DNA from: Chiloscyllium plagiosum
Taxonomy: Eukaryota
Assembly (NCBI RefSeq): GCF_004010195.1
Contig: NC_057756.1
Coordinates: 7,755,676 to 7,819,675, forward strand
Direction: 5' to 3'
Length of the DNA stretch: 64,000 nt
Both the position numbers and the translations under genes were made by a program. Positions within the stretch are counted from its first letter, which is position 1. Every line of letters starts with the position of its first letter. Shown piece after piece: positions 48,347 through 61,764 of this stretch. The notes beneath the pieces were generated by a model, which did no database searches, was not told the DNA's origin, and saw only the letters and a list, made by a program, of their open reading frames with translations.

Positions 48347-50594
48347 CTAGAAATAAGTAAGGTACACATTGCAAGGTTTTAAAAATTGAAGGAATTGCGG
48401 ATGCTGTAAATCAGGAACAAAACCAGAAATTGCTGGAGAAGCCTTTCCTCAGAATTGTGACTGGACCTGAAACATTACCTCTGATTTCTCTTCGCAGATG
48501 TTGCCAGACTTGCTGAGCTTTCCCAGCAACTTCTGTTTTTGTTACAAGGGTTTACATCAGTTCAGCAGTCAAAGGCAATTTAAGTTTGAGGCATTTAGAT
48601 AGTTAGTGGGGGGGTGGCGGGGAGGAGGTGGGAGAGAGAGAGAGAGAGAGCGCAGGAAGTGTTCTATCATTTGTGTGCACAGAGCATTTCTATAGTGGCC
48701 TGATTGTCTCTGGTTGGAGCCTGGGATCAATTCTAGGATCTGTGTTATAGCACCATACAATCAGGAGTCAGGATGCATTCTAGGAACCAGTAGGTAAGCC
48801 AAGTGTTATAGGTAACTCATTAAATGCTGTGAGTCATAGTATCATAGAGCTATGCAGTACAGAAACAGACCCTCCTGTCTAACTAGTCAATGCCGACCAG
48901 ATATCCTGAAATCATATTTTCCCATTTGCCCACATTTGGCCAGATCCCTCTAAACCCTTTCTATTCATATACCCACCCAGATGCATTTTAAATGTTGTCA
49001 TTGTACCAACTCGACCACTTTCTCTGGCAGCCCATTCCATAAAGACAACACCCTCTGCATGAAAAAGTTGCCCCTTTGGTTCCTTTTAAATCTTTGCCCT
49101 TTCGCTTTAAAGCTACGGTCTCTAGTTTTTGACTTCGTCACCCTAGGAAAAAGACCTCGTCTGTTTACACTATCCATGCCCCCCATGATCATACAAACCT
49201 CGATGAAGTCACCCCTCAGCCTCCGACGCTCCAGGGAACACAACCCCAGCCTATTCAACCTCTCCCTGTAGCTCAAACTCTCCAACCCTGCCAACATCCT
49301 TGTAGATCTTTTCTGACCCCTTTTAAGGTTCACAACATCCTTCCTATAGCAGGGAGACCAGAATTGAATGCAATATTTTAAATGTGGCTGAACCAATGTC
49401 TTGAATATTCGCATCATGACCTCCCAGCTCCCTTACTCACTGTACTGAGCAATAAAGGCAACCTTGCCAAAAGCCTTCTTCACTATCCTGTCTGCCTGAG
49501 GTCCCATTTTCAAGGAACTACAAACCTGCACCCAAGGTCTCTGTTCAGCAACACTCCGAGGACCTTATCATTAAGTGTATAGGTCCTGCCGTGATTTGCC
49601 TTTCCAAAATGCCACATCTCACATTTATCTAAATTAAACTCCATCTGCCTCTCCTCAGCCCATTGGACCATCTGATCAAGGTCCCATTGCACTCTGAGGT
49701 AACCTTCTTCAGTGTCCACTACACCTTCAATTTTGGTGTCATCAGGATACTTACTAACCATACTTCCTATGTTCACATCCGAATCATTTGCATAAATGAC
49801 AAAATGCAATGGACCCAGCAACGATCCTGGTCACAGGCCTCCAGTCCGAAAAGCAACCCTCCACTGCTCCCCTTTAGGGATATGAGGGCAAGGGTCTGGC
49901 TCAGAACACATCTATGATTAATTACAAATTCAAATGGTGAGGAATTGCTATCCCTTGTAAATGAGATCTCATTGACATTTCATGGTCCACAGGATCATTA
50001 ATATCTGGGAGTGTTGTTGAGAAATATTCGGAATCTATCTTCTTCTCATTTGGCATTTGATGAGTTCTGTGGGGTGATCGATTACAGCCTCACTGTTAAA
50101 TTTGAAAATTAGAATATAAATTGTACATTGGTGACTGTATTACCATTCTAACTTTGGATAGTTACACTTTCCATTTATTAATATGGAATGCTGTGACTTT
50201 ACTCTCTTTCTAAGTCCATGACATCTCAAACTTTATCTCCATTAAAGAAAGCATCCTGGTCCCTCAACAGATGGCAACCTGGTGATCTGGCTTGAGATCA
50301 TAATATATCTCTCAATATTCTATTGATCAAATTCAATTCATTGCTCCCAAGCCTTTGAGAATGTTATGAGGATCTGAAAGGCCATTTCTTTCATTCAGAT
50401 GGACAGTACCATCATTGGTGAGAGGAAGAACTTACAGTGTGGCTATTTATATCGGCAGTGAACATCAAAAATGTAATACAACAAGTTTCACTCTGAGAAG
50501 GTTATGGGAATCCACACATCAGAGTCAGAGAGATGGTTATGGAGTCTTGCTGTACACTCTGCTTACTCACAATATATTCTTCCTTTCTTCTTAG

Positions 50595-50876
50595 ACTCAC
50601 CACAGAATCTCTCAATGACTTCTGTTGCTGTGATTAAAGATTCATCGGTCAATATAATTGAGGGGAATTCTGCAGTGATAATCTGCTCTGTTGTGAGCTT
50701 CCCAGCTTCTAACCTGATGTGGAGACATCTTAACATCACAACGAACAGAACCAGTTCCAACAATGAGCTGTGGTTGGAGATTCCTCACATTACGTACAGG
50801 GAGACTGGAGACTATCAGTGTGTGGCAGAGAATAAACATGGAGCAGTGGAGGGCTCCATAACCATTATTGTGGAAT
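50595..50876 (+). CDS. Repeated Ig exon R7 (intact)
   Basis: 282 bp open, TAG / GTGAGT. Confidence 0.88.
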
Positions 50877-51685
50877 GTGAGTGTACAGACATCAACATCT
50901 CTCTCACATACACACACAAACAAATGGGTACAGCCCTGCAGACACACATTAGACATATCTCTTCCCTCAGTTGTACTGGAGTATCAGTATGAGTTTCAAT
51001 TCTCTGTTGATTTACAAGATACTGCCTTGAGCCAGCAATTCCCTGCACTGAGAATTGCAGATTTCTTTGTGGTGAAGTTATTTCTGCTGTTGGACTGTCT
51101 AATCCAGCAGTCGGTGAATATTGCAATATTCTGGAATAAGAGTTCCACTGCTTGCTACATTGAATGCTGCCGAGAGATAAAGGTGGGGTTTGTTGCAAGG
51201 TCTCATCCAGATCTGTTGCAAGGTCAGCCGCCATTTTGGTTTTAATCGCTCAGACAGTTGGAGGGAGAGTGAGCCAGAAGCTGGCTCCATGGAGGATTAT
51301 TGCTGTTAGCTGTACTGCTCTGAGAAAGCAACCAGGCCATTGTGAAGGCCACTCAATTGGCTTCTGCCAGCAGAATGCTACCCCTGCACCGCTCTGCACT
51401 CTGCAGTACTTTAGAATCTACTGTCAGGATTTCAAGCTCTCCTTGGACAATTTGGCCCATTAACTTTTTCTTTCTCCACAAATGCTGCTTGGCCTGCTGA
51501 GAATGTCAAGGTCTTTCAGTTTTCATTTGAGATTTTGAACTATTTTCCCAACACTGGGCAGTGAATACCTGGATTGTTTTTAGTTAGGTAGGAAATGGCC
51601 TGAATCCAATGTAGATAAATGGGGATGAGACAGAGATTGCAGTGATCTGACTAAGTGGTGAAATAGGCTCAGATGGCTTATGGTG

Positions 51686-51782
51686 ATTCCTGATGAAGGG
51701 CTTATGCTCGAAACATCGTCTCTCCTGCTCCTCAGATACTGCCTGACTGACTGTGCTTTTCCAGCACCACACTTATTGACTT
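51686..51782 (+). mobile_element. Single-arm PLE terminal fragment with hammerhead motif (51687-51719)
   Basis: CTGATGA-A-GGGC-TTAT-GCTC-GAAA-CA-TC followed by the same arm as the 9240, 18948 and 48129 elements. Confidence 0.75.
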
Positions 51783-52260
51783 TGACGACTTACAGTCACT
51801 CCTAAAGTTTCTCCCAAGTATTAATTCTTCAATCCATGCATTCATTCTTCTCAAATTTGTTGACTGTGGCTTATGTTCTTCACCTAGTTTTTCTATTTCA
51901 GACAGCTCGATGTATGCCTTCGTACGATATCATCAAAAAGAAATTACTGCACACAGTGTTTCCATCAATAATTCAAATCCCCCAATTTGCTTTGCAAGCA
52001 TTTTCTTGCTAAATATTCTGCTAAGCTGAACTTTAAAGACCTCAGAATGCAAAAATTAGCATGAGCTCAGTGTTTGGTCCAAAGTTTTGATGTCACTGAA
52101 TGCTTCCTGGCATCCTGTGACTCTCTTTTTAACTGCTTGGGATTTGATTCATTTACAGAACTGCTCTCCTCAGGTCAACATATAAGTATTGGAGTTTAGT
52201 GAGCTCATGGGAGCATTAAAATTAGATTCTAATTTCACAGTTGCTGTTTTTGTAAAACCG

Positions 52261-52582
52261 GGGGCAGCACGGTGGCACAGTGGTTAGCACTGCTGCCTCA
52301 CAGCGCCAGAGACCCGGGTTCAATTCCCGACTCAGGCGACTGACTGTGTGGAGTTTGCACATTCTCCCCGTGTCTGCGTGGGTTTCCTCCGGGTGCTCTG
52401 GTTTCCTCCCACAGTCCAAAGATGTGCAGGTCAGGTGAATTGGCCATGCTAAATTGCCTGTAGTGTTAGTAAAGGGGTAAATGTATGGGAATGGGTGGGT
52501 TACGCTTCGGCGGGTTGGTGTGGACTTGTTGGGCCGAAGGGCCTGTTTCCACACTGTAAGTAATTTAATCTAATCTAATCTA
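52261..52582 (+). mobile_element. Full-length HE1/V-SINE
   Basis: A box, B box GGTTCAATTCC, V core, (TCTAA)n tail. Confidence 0.93.
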
Positions 52583-52961
52583 AACACCTCAGGATGTGGA
52601 CGTAACTGGCAGATGTTAAGTTTAGTGCACGTGGGTAGTTTTCTCAATAGGTTACTTCCTTCTGCACTGTAGTCTTTGTAGTGAAAGTGCCAAACTGTTT
52701 GATTCATGCTTTTTTAAATACAACTTAACAGAGCTCTGCAGAGTACAGTTCAGTGGATGAGAGACCAACACATAGGCCAGAACAGATAGGTTTTGCATGC
52801 TCTGTTAATTAATAGAAATTAGGGATTAGCTTGGTTTTTAAAACAATAGAAATTACGTGACACTCCCTAATCTATTTGTTTTATTATTTTCAATTTCATT
52901 AACTGAATTTGAACTTTAAACTCTATCATGGGAGGTTTGAATGAAATTCTATGGATTGTTA

Positions 52962-53520
52962 CAAAAACAGAAATGGCTGGAAAGATTCCGCAGGTCTGGC
53001 AGCATCTGTGGAGAGAAATCTGAGTTAACGTTTCGGATTCAGTGACCCTTCCTAGAACTGATGGTAGTGAGGAAAAGGTTGTTTATATGCAGAAGATAGG
53101 GTGTTGGGAGGATGGTAAAGTGTAAACGATAGGTGGAGATAGAGGCCAAAGACAGAGAGAAGAACAGTTGGACAAACAAGGGAGTTGATGATAAGATGAG
53201 GAAAATGGATAGTTACTAATGGGGACAATTAATGGTTAACCATGGGTTGTGTATAACAGCAGACCATGTGATAACAAGGCCTGGTGTGAGGGGAAGGGGG
53301 TCAGGACATGGGAGAAGAAGTCCCAAGTCCTTTCTTGTTGAACTCAATATTGAGTCCAGAAGGCTGGGATGTTCTCAAGTGGAAAATGAGGTGCTGTTGT
53401 TCTAGGTTGTGCTGAGCTTTCACCAGAGCACTACAGCAAGTCCAAGACAGAGATGCTGACCAGGGAACACAATGATAGAAGTGTTAGACAACCAGAAGCT
53501 CAGGGTTTCCGTCAGCATAA
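52962..53520 (-). mobile_element. Penelope-like element 3' fragment, family of 19485-20345
   Basis: Colinear similarity including the terminus and a hammerhead remnant at about 53023-53058. Confidence 0.75.
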
Positions 53521-53929
53521 ACTGGGTTTCCCCAGCTTTCTGTTGAAGGCAGTTAAAAACGTGCAGAGAGCTGACAATAGCAATATTGGAGTTACAGCAG
53601 TGAATAATAAGACTGGCACGATATGTTCCAAATACAAAATGATACAATTTAATGCTGTGGACTGCCACATGGATGATTAACTGGTCATTTGGAGTTTTAT
53701 TATGCAAAATACATTTTATTTGAGTTGTTTCACCTCATTATTAACCTGCCCATTGAGTACTATTTGAGCAATAGGTGCATGTGTCTGCAACCTTAAAAAT
53801 CTTCAGCCAATCTTCTCCAGCATTGTTCAGTATGGCATCAAAATTATGTTTGTAACTTTTATCATGGTCTCATTTTAAAGCTGGCTGCAAAGATCAGCAA
53901 GTGTGTAAGGAGTGGAGGTATAATCAGGG

Positions 53930-54812
53930 TTGAAAAGGGAGTGTTGACAGATGTTGTTTTTGTGGACTTCCAGAAGGTGTGTGATAAGGTTTTCCACAAG
54001 AGCAAAGACGAAGGAACACAGAATTCCGGTGTAACATTGAGGCCTTGTAGAGTTAATGGTAGGGCTCTGGGTAGCGTTGTCAGAGAGACCTCGGGATTCA
54101 GGTACATAGTTCTTTGAAAGTGGTTTCATAGGTGGACAGAGTGGTTAAGAAGGTGTTTAGCATACTTGTATTCATTGCTCAGACCATTGAGTGTAGGAGT
54201 TGGGACATTATGTTGAGATTGTAGAGGACATTGGTGAGGCCACTTTTGAAGTACTTTGTTCAGTTCAGGTCACCCTTTTACAGGAAAGATATTATTAAAT
54301 TGGAGACAGTACAGAAAAGAATAACCAGGAAGTTACTGGGACGAGAGGTTTGAGTTAGAAGGAGAGGATAAGCTGGGACTTTTCTCACATGAGCGTAGGA
54401 GGTTAAGAGGTGACCTTACAGAGGTTTATAAGATCATGAGGGGCATAGTTAAGGTGAATAGTAAAGGTTTTTTTCCCTCATGTGGGGAGGCGGGGGTGGG
54501 GGGGAGGGCGGTTTGGCTGGTTCAAAAGTAGAGGCCATATTTTTAAGGTGAGAGGGAAAGATTTAAGAGGCACCTGACGGGCAACCTTTCTACACAGAGG
54601 GTGGTGTGTATCTGGAATAAACTGCCGGAAGAGGTGGCGGATGCCGGTACAGTAACAGCATTTAAAAGACATTTGGATGGGTGCAAAAATCGGAAAGGTT
54701 CAGAGGGATATGGACCAAATGCAGGCAAGTGAGACCAGCTGAGTTTGTTAAACTTGGTTGGTATGGATGAGTTGGGTTGAAGGGTCTGTTTCTGTGCCGT
54801 ATGACACTATGA
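53930..54812 (+). mobile_element. CR1 LINE 3' fragment
   Basis: DFQKVCDKV-like start, LVRPLLKYFVQF-like coding, RRLRGDL, CR1 tail. Confidence 0.8.
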
Positions 54813-55267
54813 CCCCCTATAACTGAAGGGCCTTGACTTGATCTGGTTGGAGCTTTGGATGACATCCTAGGAACTGTTTTATAGCTCAGTAAAGTTTAGA
54901 ATCAGGTTATGTTCTGGGAGGCGGGAGGTGAGGCTACATTTTAAAGTTTGAACTCAGGAGAAAAGGTTTTTAACTTTGTGAGGCAAGGCGCTGAGAAGAG
55001 GGCTGTTTTTCATCAATAACTGAGAAAATAAGGATCTGGAAACCCTTGCAAAGTTTTACTCGGGGAATGAAGAAGGGATAAGAAAATTTGACAAGAGGTA
55101 TAGGCTGGTGTGTGGGAACCCCCTGTAATGATAATCCACAGCATCACTAATGTTTGGGAGTGTTGGTGAGAAATCTGTTGGATCTATCTTCGCCCCATTT
55201 ATTATTTGATGAGCTCTGTGGGGTGATCAATCACAGTCTCTGTTATCCACATTTACCTCATATTCAT

Positions 55268-55792
55268 TTTTTTAAATTCATTTGTGGGAAGGAGGCATCA
55301 CTGGCTGTCCCAGCATTCATTGCATGTCGCTGGTTGCCCTAGACAAGGTGGGGGTGAGCTGCCCTTCTTGAACCACTGCAGGCCAGCTGTTGTGGGTTGA
55401 TCCATAATGCCCTCAGGTAGGGAATTCCAGGATTATTACCAAGCGACTGAGAAAGGCAACCTATTTCCAAGTCAGGATGGTGAATGGCTTGGAGGGGAAT
55501 TTGAAGATGGTGATGTTCCCATGTATCTGCTACCCTTGTCCTTCTGGACGGAATGGTTGTGGGTTTGGAAGGTGCTGACTGAGGATCTTTAGTGAATTTC
55601 TGCAGTAAATCTTGTAGAACACACACACTGAACATTGGTGGTGGAGGGAATGGATGCTTGTGGATGTAGTGCTAATCAAATGGACTGCTTTGTCCTGGAT
55701 GATGTTGAGTTTCTTGAATGTTCTTGGAGCTGCACACATCCAGGCAAGTGGAGGGTATCGTATCTCACTCCTGACTTGTGATTGCAGACTTT
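55268..55792 (-). mobile_element. LINE 3' fragment, family of 13018-14000
   Basis: QVRSEIRYPPLAWMCAAPRTFKKLNIIQDKAVHLI. Confidence 0.8.
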
Positions 55793-56002
55793 TGGAAATT
55801 AAAATAGAAGGTGTATGTATATTGCCCATTGTATTACTGTTCTAAACTTGGATTGTAAAATCATTTGCAGAAATCTAAAGAATTTTATGTGTATTTCTTT
55901 ATAGGAACCTGCGGTCTCAAACTTTGTTTCCTATAAAAAAGAAACATCTTGGTCCCCTACCAGATGGTAACCTGGTGATCTGATCTGGGATCATAACATA
56001 TA

Positions 56003-59000
56003 AAATCTCTTTGGATTCTCCTTAACCCTATTTGCCAAAGTTACCTCTTGTCCCCTTTTTGCCCTCCTGATTCCCTCTTACGTACACTTCTACTGCCTTT
56101 ATACTCTTCTAAGGATTCACACAATCCCTGCTGTCTACGCCTGACATACGCTTCCTTCTTTTTCATAACCATCACTTCAATTTCTCTCATCATCCAGTAT
56201 TCCCCACACCTACCAGCCTTGTCTTTCACCCTAACCGGAACATACTGTCTCTGCATTCTCATTATCTCATTTTTGAAGGCTTCCTATTTTCCAGCCATCT
56301 CATTACCTCTGAACATCCACCCCCAATCAACTTTCAAAAGTTCTTACCTAATATCGTCAAAATTGGCCTGCTTCCAATTTAGAACTTTCACTTTTAGATC
56401 TGGTCTATCCCTTTCTATCACTATTTTAAAACTAATAGAATTATGGTCGCTGACCCCAAAGTACTCCCCAACTGAGACTTCTTTCCCAAGAGTAGGTCAA
56501 ATTTTGCACCTTTTCTAGGAGGGACATAAAATATACTGAATCTAAATCTTTTCTGATACACACTGAACAAATTCCTCTCCATCTAACCCCTTAACAGTAT
56601 GGCACTCCTGACCTATGTTTGGAAAGTTAAAATCCCTACCATTAAAAATTTGTTTCTCAATTTCCCACTGACTATTGGAGGGTCTATAATACAATCCCAA
56701 TAAGGTGATTATCCCTTTCTTGATTCTCACTTCCACCCAAATAACTTCCCTGGACGTATTCCCAGGAATATCCTCTCTAAGTACAGCCATAATGTTCTCC
56801 CTTATCAAAAACACCACTCCCCTCCTCTCTCAAACCCCTGTAACATTTCTATTCTGGAACATTAAGTTGCCAGTCCTGTCCATCCCTGAGCCACATCTCT
56901 ATAATTGCTATGATATCCCATGTTCCTAACCATGCCCTGAGTTCATCTGCCTTCCCTGTTAGGCCTCTTGCATTGAAATAAATGCAGTTTAATTCATCAG
57001 TCCTACCGTGTTCTCTGCTGTGTTCCTGCCCACCCTCCCTGTTTTGATTCACTCATTTTCCCAATGGTACCAGTCTCAGATTGATCTCTTTCCTCACTAT
57101 CTCTCTGGGATCCCCCCCCCACTCCGCCATCTTAATAGTTTAAACGAAACACACTTCCTGCAGACAGAATCATTAGTAACATGGAAATTCTCCCTAAACT
57201 CCCAGTTCCGACAGGAAGAGCACATCGCTCTACTAAAGGGCATCTTTGCACCTTCACAACCTCCAGACCCAGAAAATAGCACAGTCTTACTGCTTGAAAA
57301 AACACTGCTTCAGGCTAACTTAGTACTAAGTTATATGTTTTTAAATTTTAATCAAGAGACAGATCTCAATAAAGCATATAACCAAAAATAACCCACTCTC
57401 CTCACTATTGCAGATTTACAAAAAAAAAGCAGCAAAGTTATACTTAAAAACCATGCACTTATTTGCTGCCGTAAAGTGCTGTTGTTTTGATTTCTTTTTT
57501 ACCCAAAGTTCCAAAGCAATGCAACAGTTTATAAAACAATAATTACTGCTCCTGGAATTTGAGGAAATGAGCTCCAACACCTAAAATGCCTCAAAACTAT
57601 TTTGGTGCCACTATTTCAGAAAGGTGATAAGGAAAAGCCAGGGAACTATAGACCACTGAGCCTGACAACGGTGGTGGGGAAGTTGTTGGAGGCAATCCTG
57701 AGGGACAGAATCGACATGTTTTTGGATATGCAAGGACTGTTTAGGGATAGTCAACATGGCTTTCTGCATGGGAAATCATGTCTCACTATGTTGATTGAGT
57801 TTATTGAAGATGTAACGAAGAGGATTGATTAGGGCAGAGCAGTGGATATATATGGACTTCAGTAAGGCATTCGAAAAGGTTCCCCATGGTAGACTGGATA
57901 GATCACATGGAATACGGGGGAGAACTAGCAATTTGATACAGAACTGGCTCAAAATTAAAATGATGTGCAGGTGCCGATGTTGGACTGGGGTAGTCAAAGT
58001 TAAAGACCACACAACATTAGGTTGTCGTCCAACCGGTTTATTTGAAAGTACAAGCTTTCGGAGTGCTACCTGATGAAGGAGCAGCGCTCTGAAGGATTGC
58101 ACTTCCAAATAAACCTGTTGGAGTATAACCCGGTGTTGTGTGATTTTTAACTTCAAAGGTAGCTAGTGGTGGAGGGTTGTTTTTCAGACTGGAGGCCTGT
58201 GACCAGTGGAGTGCCACAAGGATCAGTGCTGGGTCCATGCTTTCCGTCATTTACATAAATGATTTGGATAGGCGGTATAATTAATAAGTTTGCAGCTGAC
58301 ACCAGAATTGGAGGTGCAGTGGACAGCGAAGAAGGTTACCTCAGAGTACAACAGAATCTTAACCAGATGGGCCAATGGGCTGAGGACTGGCAAATGGAGT
58401 TTAATTTAGAAAAATGTGAGGTGCTGTATTCTGGAAAAGCAAATCAGAGCAGGACATATACACCTAATGGTAAGGTCCTGGGGAGTGTTGCTGAACAGAG
58501 AGACCTTGGAGTGCAGGTTCATTGTACTTTGAAAGTGGCGTCACAGGTAGACAGGATAGTGAAGAAGGTGTCTGGTATGCTTTCTTTTATTAGTCAGAGC
58601 ATTGAGTATAGGAGTTGGGAGGTCATATTGTGTGTGTACAGGACACTGATTTGGCCACTTTTGGAATCTTGTGTACAATTCTGGTCACTCTCCTATAGGA
58701 AGGATGTTGTAAATCCTGAAATGTTTCAGCAAAGATATACAAGGACGTTGCCAGGGTTGGAGAGTTTCAGCGATAGGGAGAGGCTGAATAGGCTGGGGCT
58801 GTTTTCCCTGGAGCATCAGTGGCTCAGGGGTGACTTTATAGAGGTTATAAAATCATGAGGGGCATGTATAGGATAAATACATAAGGTATTTTCCCTGGGA
58901 TGGGGGAGTCCATAAGTAGAAGGCATAGGTTTAGGGTGTGAGGGGAAAGCTTTCAAAGGGACCTAAGTGGCAACCTTTTTACTCAAAGAGTGGTGGGTGT

Positions 59001-59187
59001 ATAGAATGATCTGCTAGAGGAAGCGGTGGACGTTGGTACAATTCAACATTTAAAAGGCATCTGGATGGGTATGTGAATAGGAAGGGTTTTGAGGGACATG
59101 GACCAAGTGCTGGCAATTGGGCCTAGATTAAGTTCGGATATCTGGTCAGCATGGATGTGTTCCATGCTGCATAGCTCTATGACTCTG
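56003..59187. mobile_element. CR1 LINE with inverted 5' portion (5' UTR, ORF1 zinc finger and endonuclease on -, RT and tail on +)
   Basis: - strand CSSCRNWE...CRKC and LNCIYFNARGLTGKADELRAW; + strand VPLFQKGDKEKPGNYRPLSLT to TCTATGACTCT tail; host sequence CATAACATA|TATCCCTCAATATTCC rejoins across it. Confidence 0.85.
57953..58152. mobile_element. Short fold-back element, third hammerhead-bearing family, nested in CR1
   Basis: Inverted arms; CTGATGAAGGAGCAGCGCTCTGAAG; flanks TCAAA/TCAAA; relative at about 59793-59955. Confidence 0.7.
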
Positions 59188-59466
59188 TATCCCTCAATAT
59201 TCCATTGATCAAATTGAATTCATTGTTGCAAAGGCTTTGAGAATATTGTAAGAATGTGATAGGCATTGTGCTTCTTTCAGGATGGAGAGCGCCCTCATTG
59301 GTGGGAGGAGGAAGAACGTACAGTATAAAAGTTTACATTGGTAGTGTCCATCAACAATGTAATACAGCAACTTAGATATAAGGATCCATACGTCAGATTC
59401 AGACAGAGATATGGAGTCTTGCAGTGCACTGTGTTTGCTCACAATATTCTCTTCCTTTCTGTCTAG

Positions 59467-59748
59467 ATGCACCACGGAATCTCTCAATTACTTCTCTTGC
59501 TGTGATTAAAAATTCATCGATCAGTGTAATTGAGGGGAATTCTGCAGTGATAATCTGTTCTGTCGAGAGCTTCCCAGCTTCTAACCTGACATGGAGACAT
59601 CTTAATGTCACAGTGAATAGAACATGTTCCAACAATGAGCTGTGGTTGGAGATTCCTCGAGTTACATTCAGAGAGACTCGAGACTATCAGTGTGTGGCGG
59701 AGAATGGACACGGAGCAGTGGAGGGCTCCATAACCGTCACTGTGCAAT
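59467..59748 (+). CDS. Repeated Ig exon R8 (intact)
   Basis: 282 bp open, TAG / GTGAGT. Confidence 0.88.
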
Positions 59749-60927
59749 GTGAGTGTACACAGATTTCAACACACACACACACCTCTACAGACATGATGTG
59801 GAGGTGCCAGTGATGGGCAAAGTCTGAAGCCACATGACACCAGGTTATAGTCCAACAGGTTTATTTTTTTAATCCCCAGCTTTCGGAGCACTGCTCCTTT
59901 GTCAGGTGAGTAAATTTGACTACACCTGATGACCTGGTGTCATATGACTTTTGACACACACAGATAAGACCTGTGGCATCCCTCAGTGTTGCACTGGATC
60001 AGTATGAGCTTAATTCTCAGCTGAAGGAATGGAAATTCTACATTTACAAGATGCTGTCTTGAACCAGTAACTCTTGCGCATTTTGCTGTGCTGAAATTAT
60101 TTTCAGTGTTGGATCCATTTGCACTATGTAAGCCAGCAAGTGATGAACATTGTAACATTCAGGGAACAAGCTTTCCAATGGTTGCATGTTCATTCCTACC
60201 TGGACATAAGGGTGCGATTTGTTGCAACGGTTCCAGTAAATCTCTCAGATGAGGTCAAGAATCAAAAGCTGTTTTGAGCTTGTGTCAATTGGACAGTTAT
60301 TGGTGGGGGCTGAGGGGGGAGGACTTGTTGGTGGTGGGGAGCACCAGACACCACCAGAGAGAGAGAGAGAGAGAGAGACAAACGCATTTGAACATCTGTT
60401 TATGAAGAGTGCTGCTTGCTGTACTGCTCTGATAAAGGCCTGATTCTGTCTGGCTGGAGATCGGGATGAAGTCCCAGGAGCTGTTTTATTGTTCAGTTCG
60501 GAATCCGGAGACCACCTCTGATCCAATAGCTGATGCTAAGTGTTACCGTTTGAACTAACAGGAATAGGTCTTAAATTTGTGTGAGATCAGAGGCTCAGAA
60601 GATCTTCATTAATAATCCAGCAAGTGAGGAGTTGCAATCCCTTTTAAAGTTTTAATGAGATTTGATGATATACAGAGTCACTAATGTCAAGATATGTCAC
60701 TGAGAAATCTGTGGAATCTATCTATTTAGTATTTGAATAGCTCTGTGGGCTGATTGATCACACTTTCTCTGTTATCTATATTTATCTGATGTTAATTTTG
60801 GAAATTCGTAAGATAGGACAAAGGAGCAAGAGTAGGCCATTTGGCCCATCAAACTTGTTCTTCTGTTCAATAAGATAATGGCTGATCAATGAACAAACTT
60901 CATCAACCTGCCTTTGGCCCAGCTCTA

Positions 60928-61229
60928 TGGGCGGCATGGTGGCACAGTGGTTAGCACTGCTGGCTCACAGCACCAGAGACCCGGGTTCAATTCCCACCTC
61001 AGGCGACTGTCTGTGTGGAGTTTACACGTTCTCCCCGTGTCTGCGTGGGTTTCCTCCGGGTGCTCCGGTTTCCTCCCACAGTTCAAAAATATGCAGGTTA
61101 GGTGGGTTGGCCATGCTAAATTGCCCGTAGTGTTAGGTGAAGGGGTAAATGTAGGGGGGGTCGGTTGTGCGTTGGTGTGGGCTTGTTGGGCCAAAGGGCC
61201 TGTTTCCACACTGTAAGTAATCTAATTTA
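60928..61229 (+). mobile_element. HE1/V-SINE
   Basis: Head, core and tail as 52261. Confidence 0.92.
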
Positions 61230-61764
61230 ATACCTTTGCTGAACAAAAGTTTATCTGTCTCAGAATTAAAGTTATCAATTGATCAAGCATCCACTGCCAT
61301 TTACAGAACAGAGTTCCAAGTTTGGAATCTAAGTTGGATATATATTATATATTTCATTACTGTTCTAACTTTGGATAGTAACTTTTCGTTTGTGACTTTA
61401 TTCGCTTTGTTAGTCTGTGACATTTCAAACTCCGTTTCTTTTCAAAGAAAGCTTCCTGATGCCTCACCAGATAAGAACTGGTGATCTGGTCTGGGATCAT
61501 AACATATTCCGTTGATCAAATCCAATTCATTGCTGCCAAGGCTTTGAGAATATTGTGAGGATGGACAAGGCATTTTGTTTCTTTCAGAATGGAGAGCGCC
61601 CCCTCATTGGTGACAGCTTACACAGACAGTGTCCATCAGAAATGTAATAAAGCAACTCCCACTCAGAGATGGTTACAGGTGATCCACGTATGAGAATCAG
61701 AGAGATGGTTATAGAGTCTTGCTGTGCACTGTTTGCTCACGAGATTCTCTTCCTTTGTTTTTAG

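Noticed and set aside
52261-52330. tRNA gene
   Set aside because: The A and B boxes belong to the SINE head, which continues into the V core and LINE-like tail.
54900-56002. Exon-less tenth repeat unit
   Set aside because: It is the upstream flank of R8, displaced by the 3.2 kb CR1 insertion.
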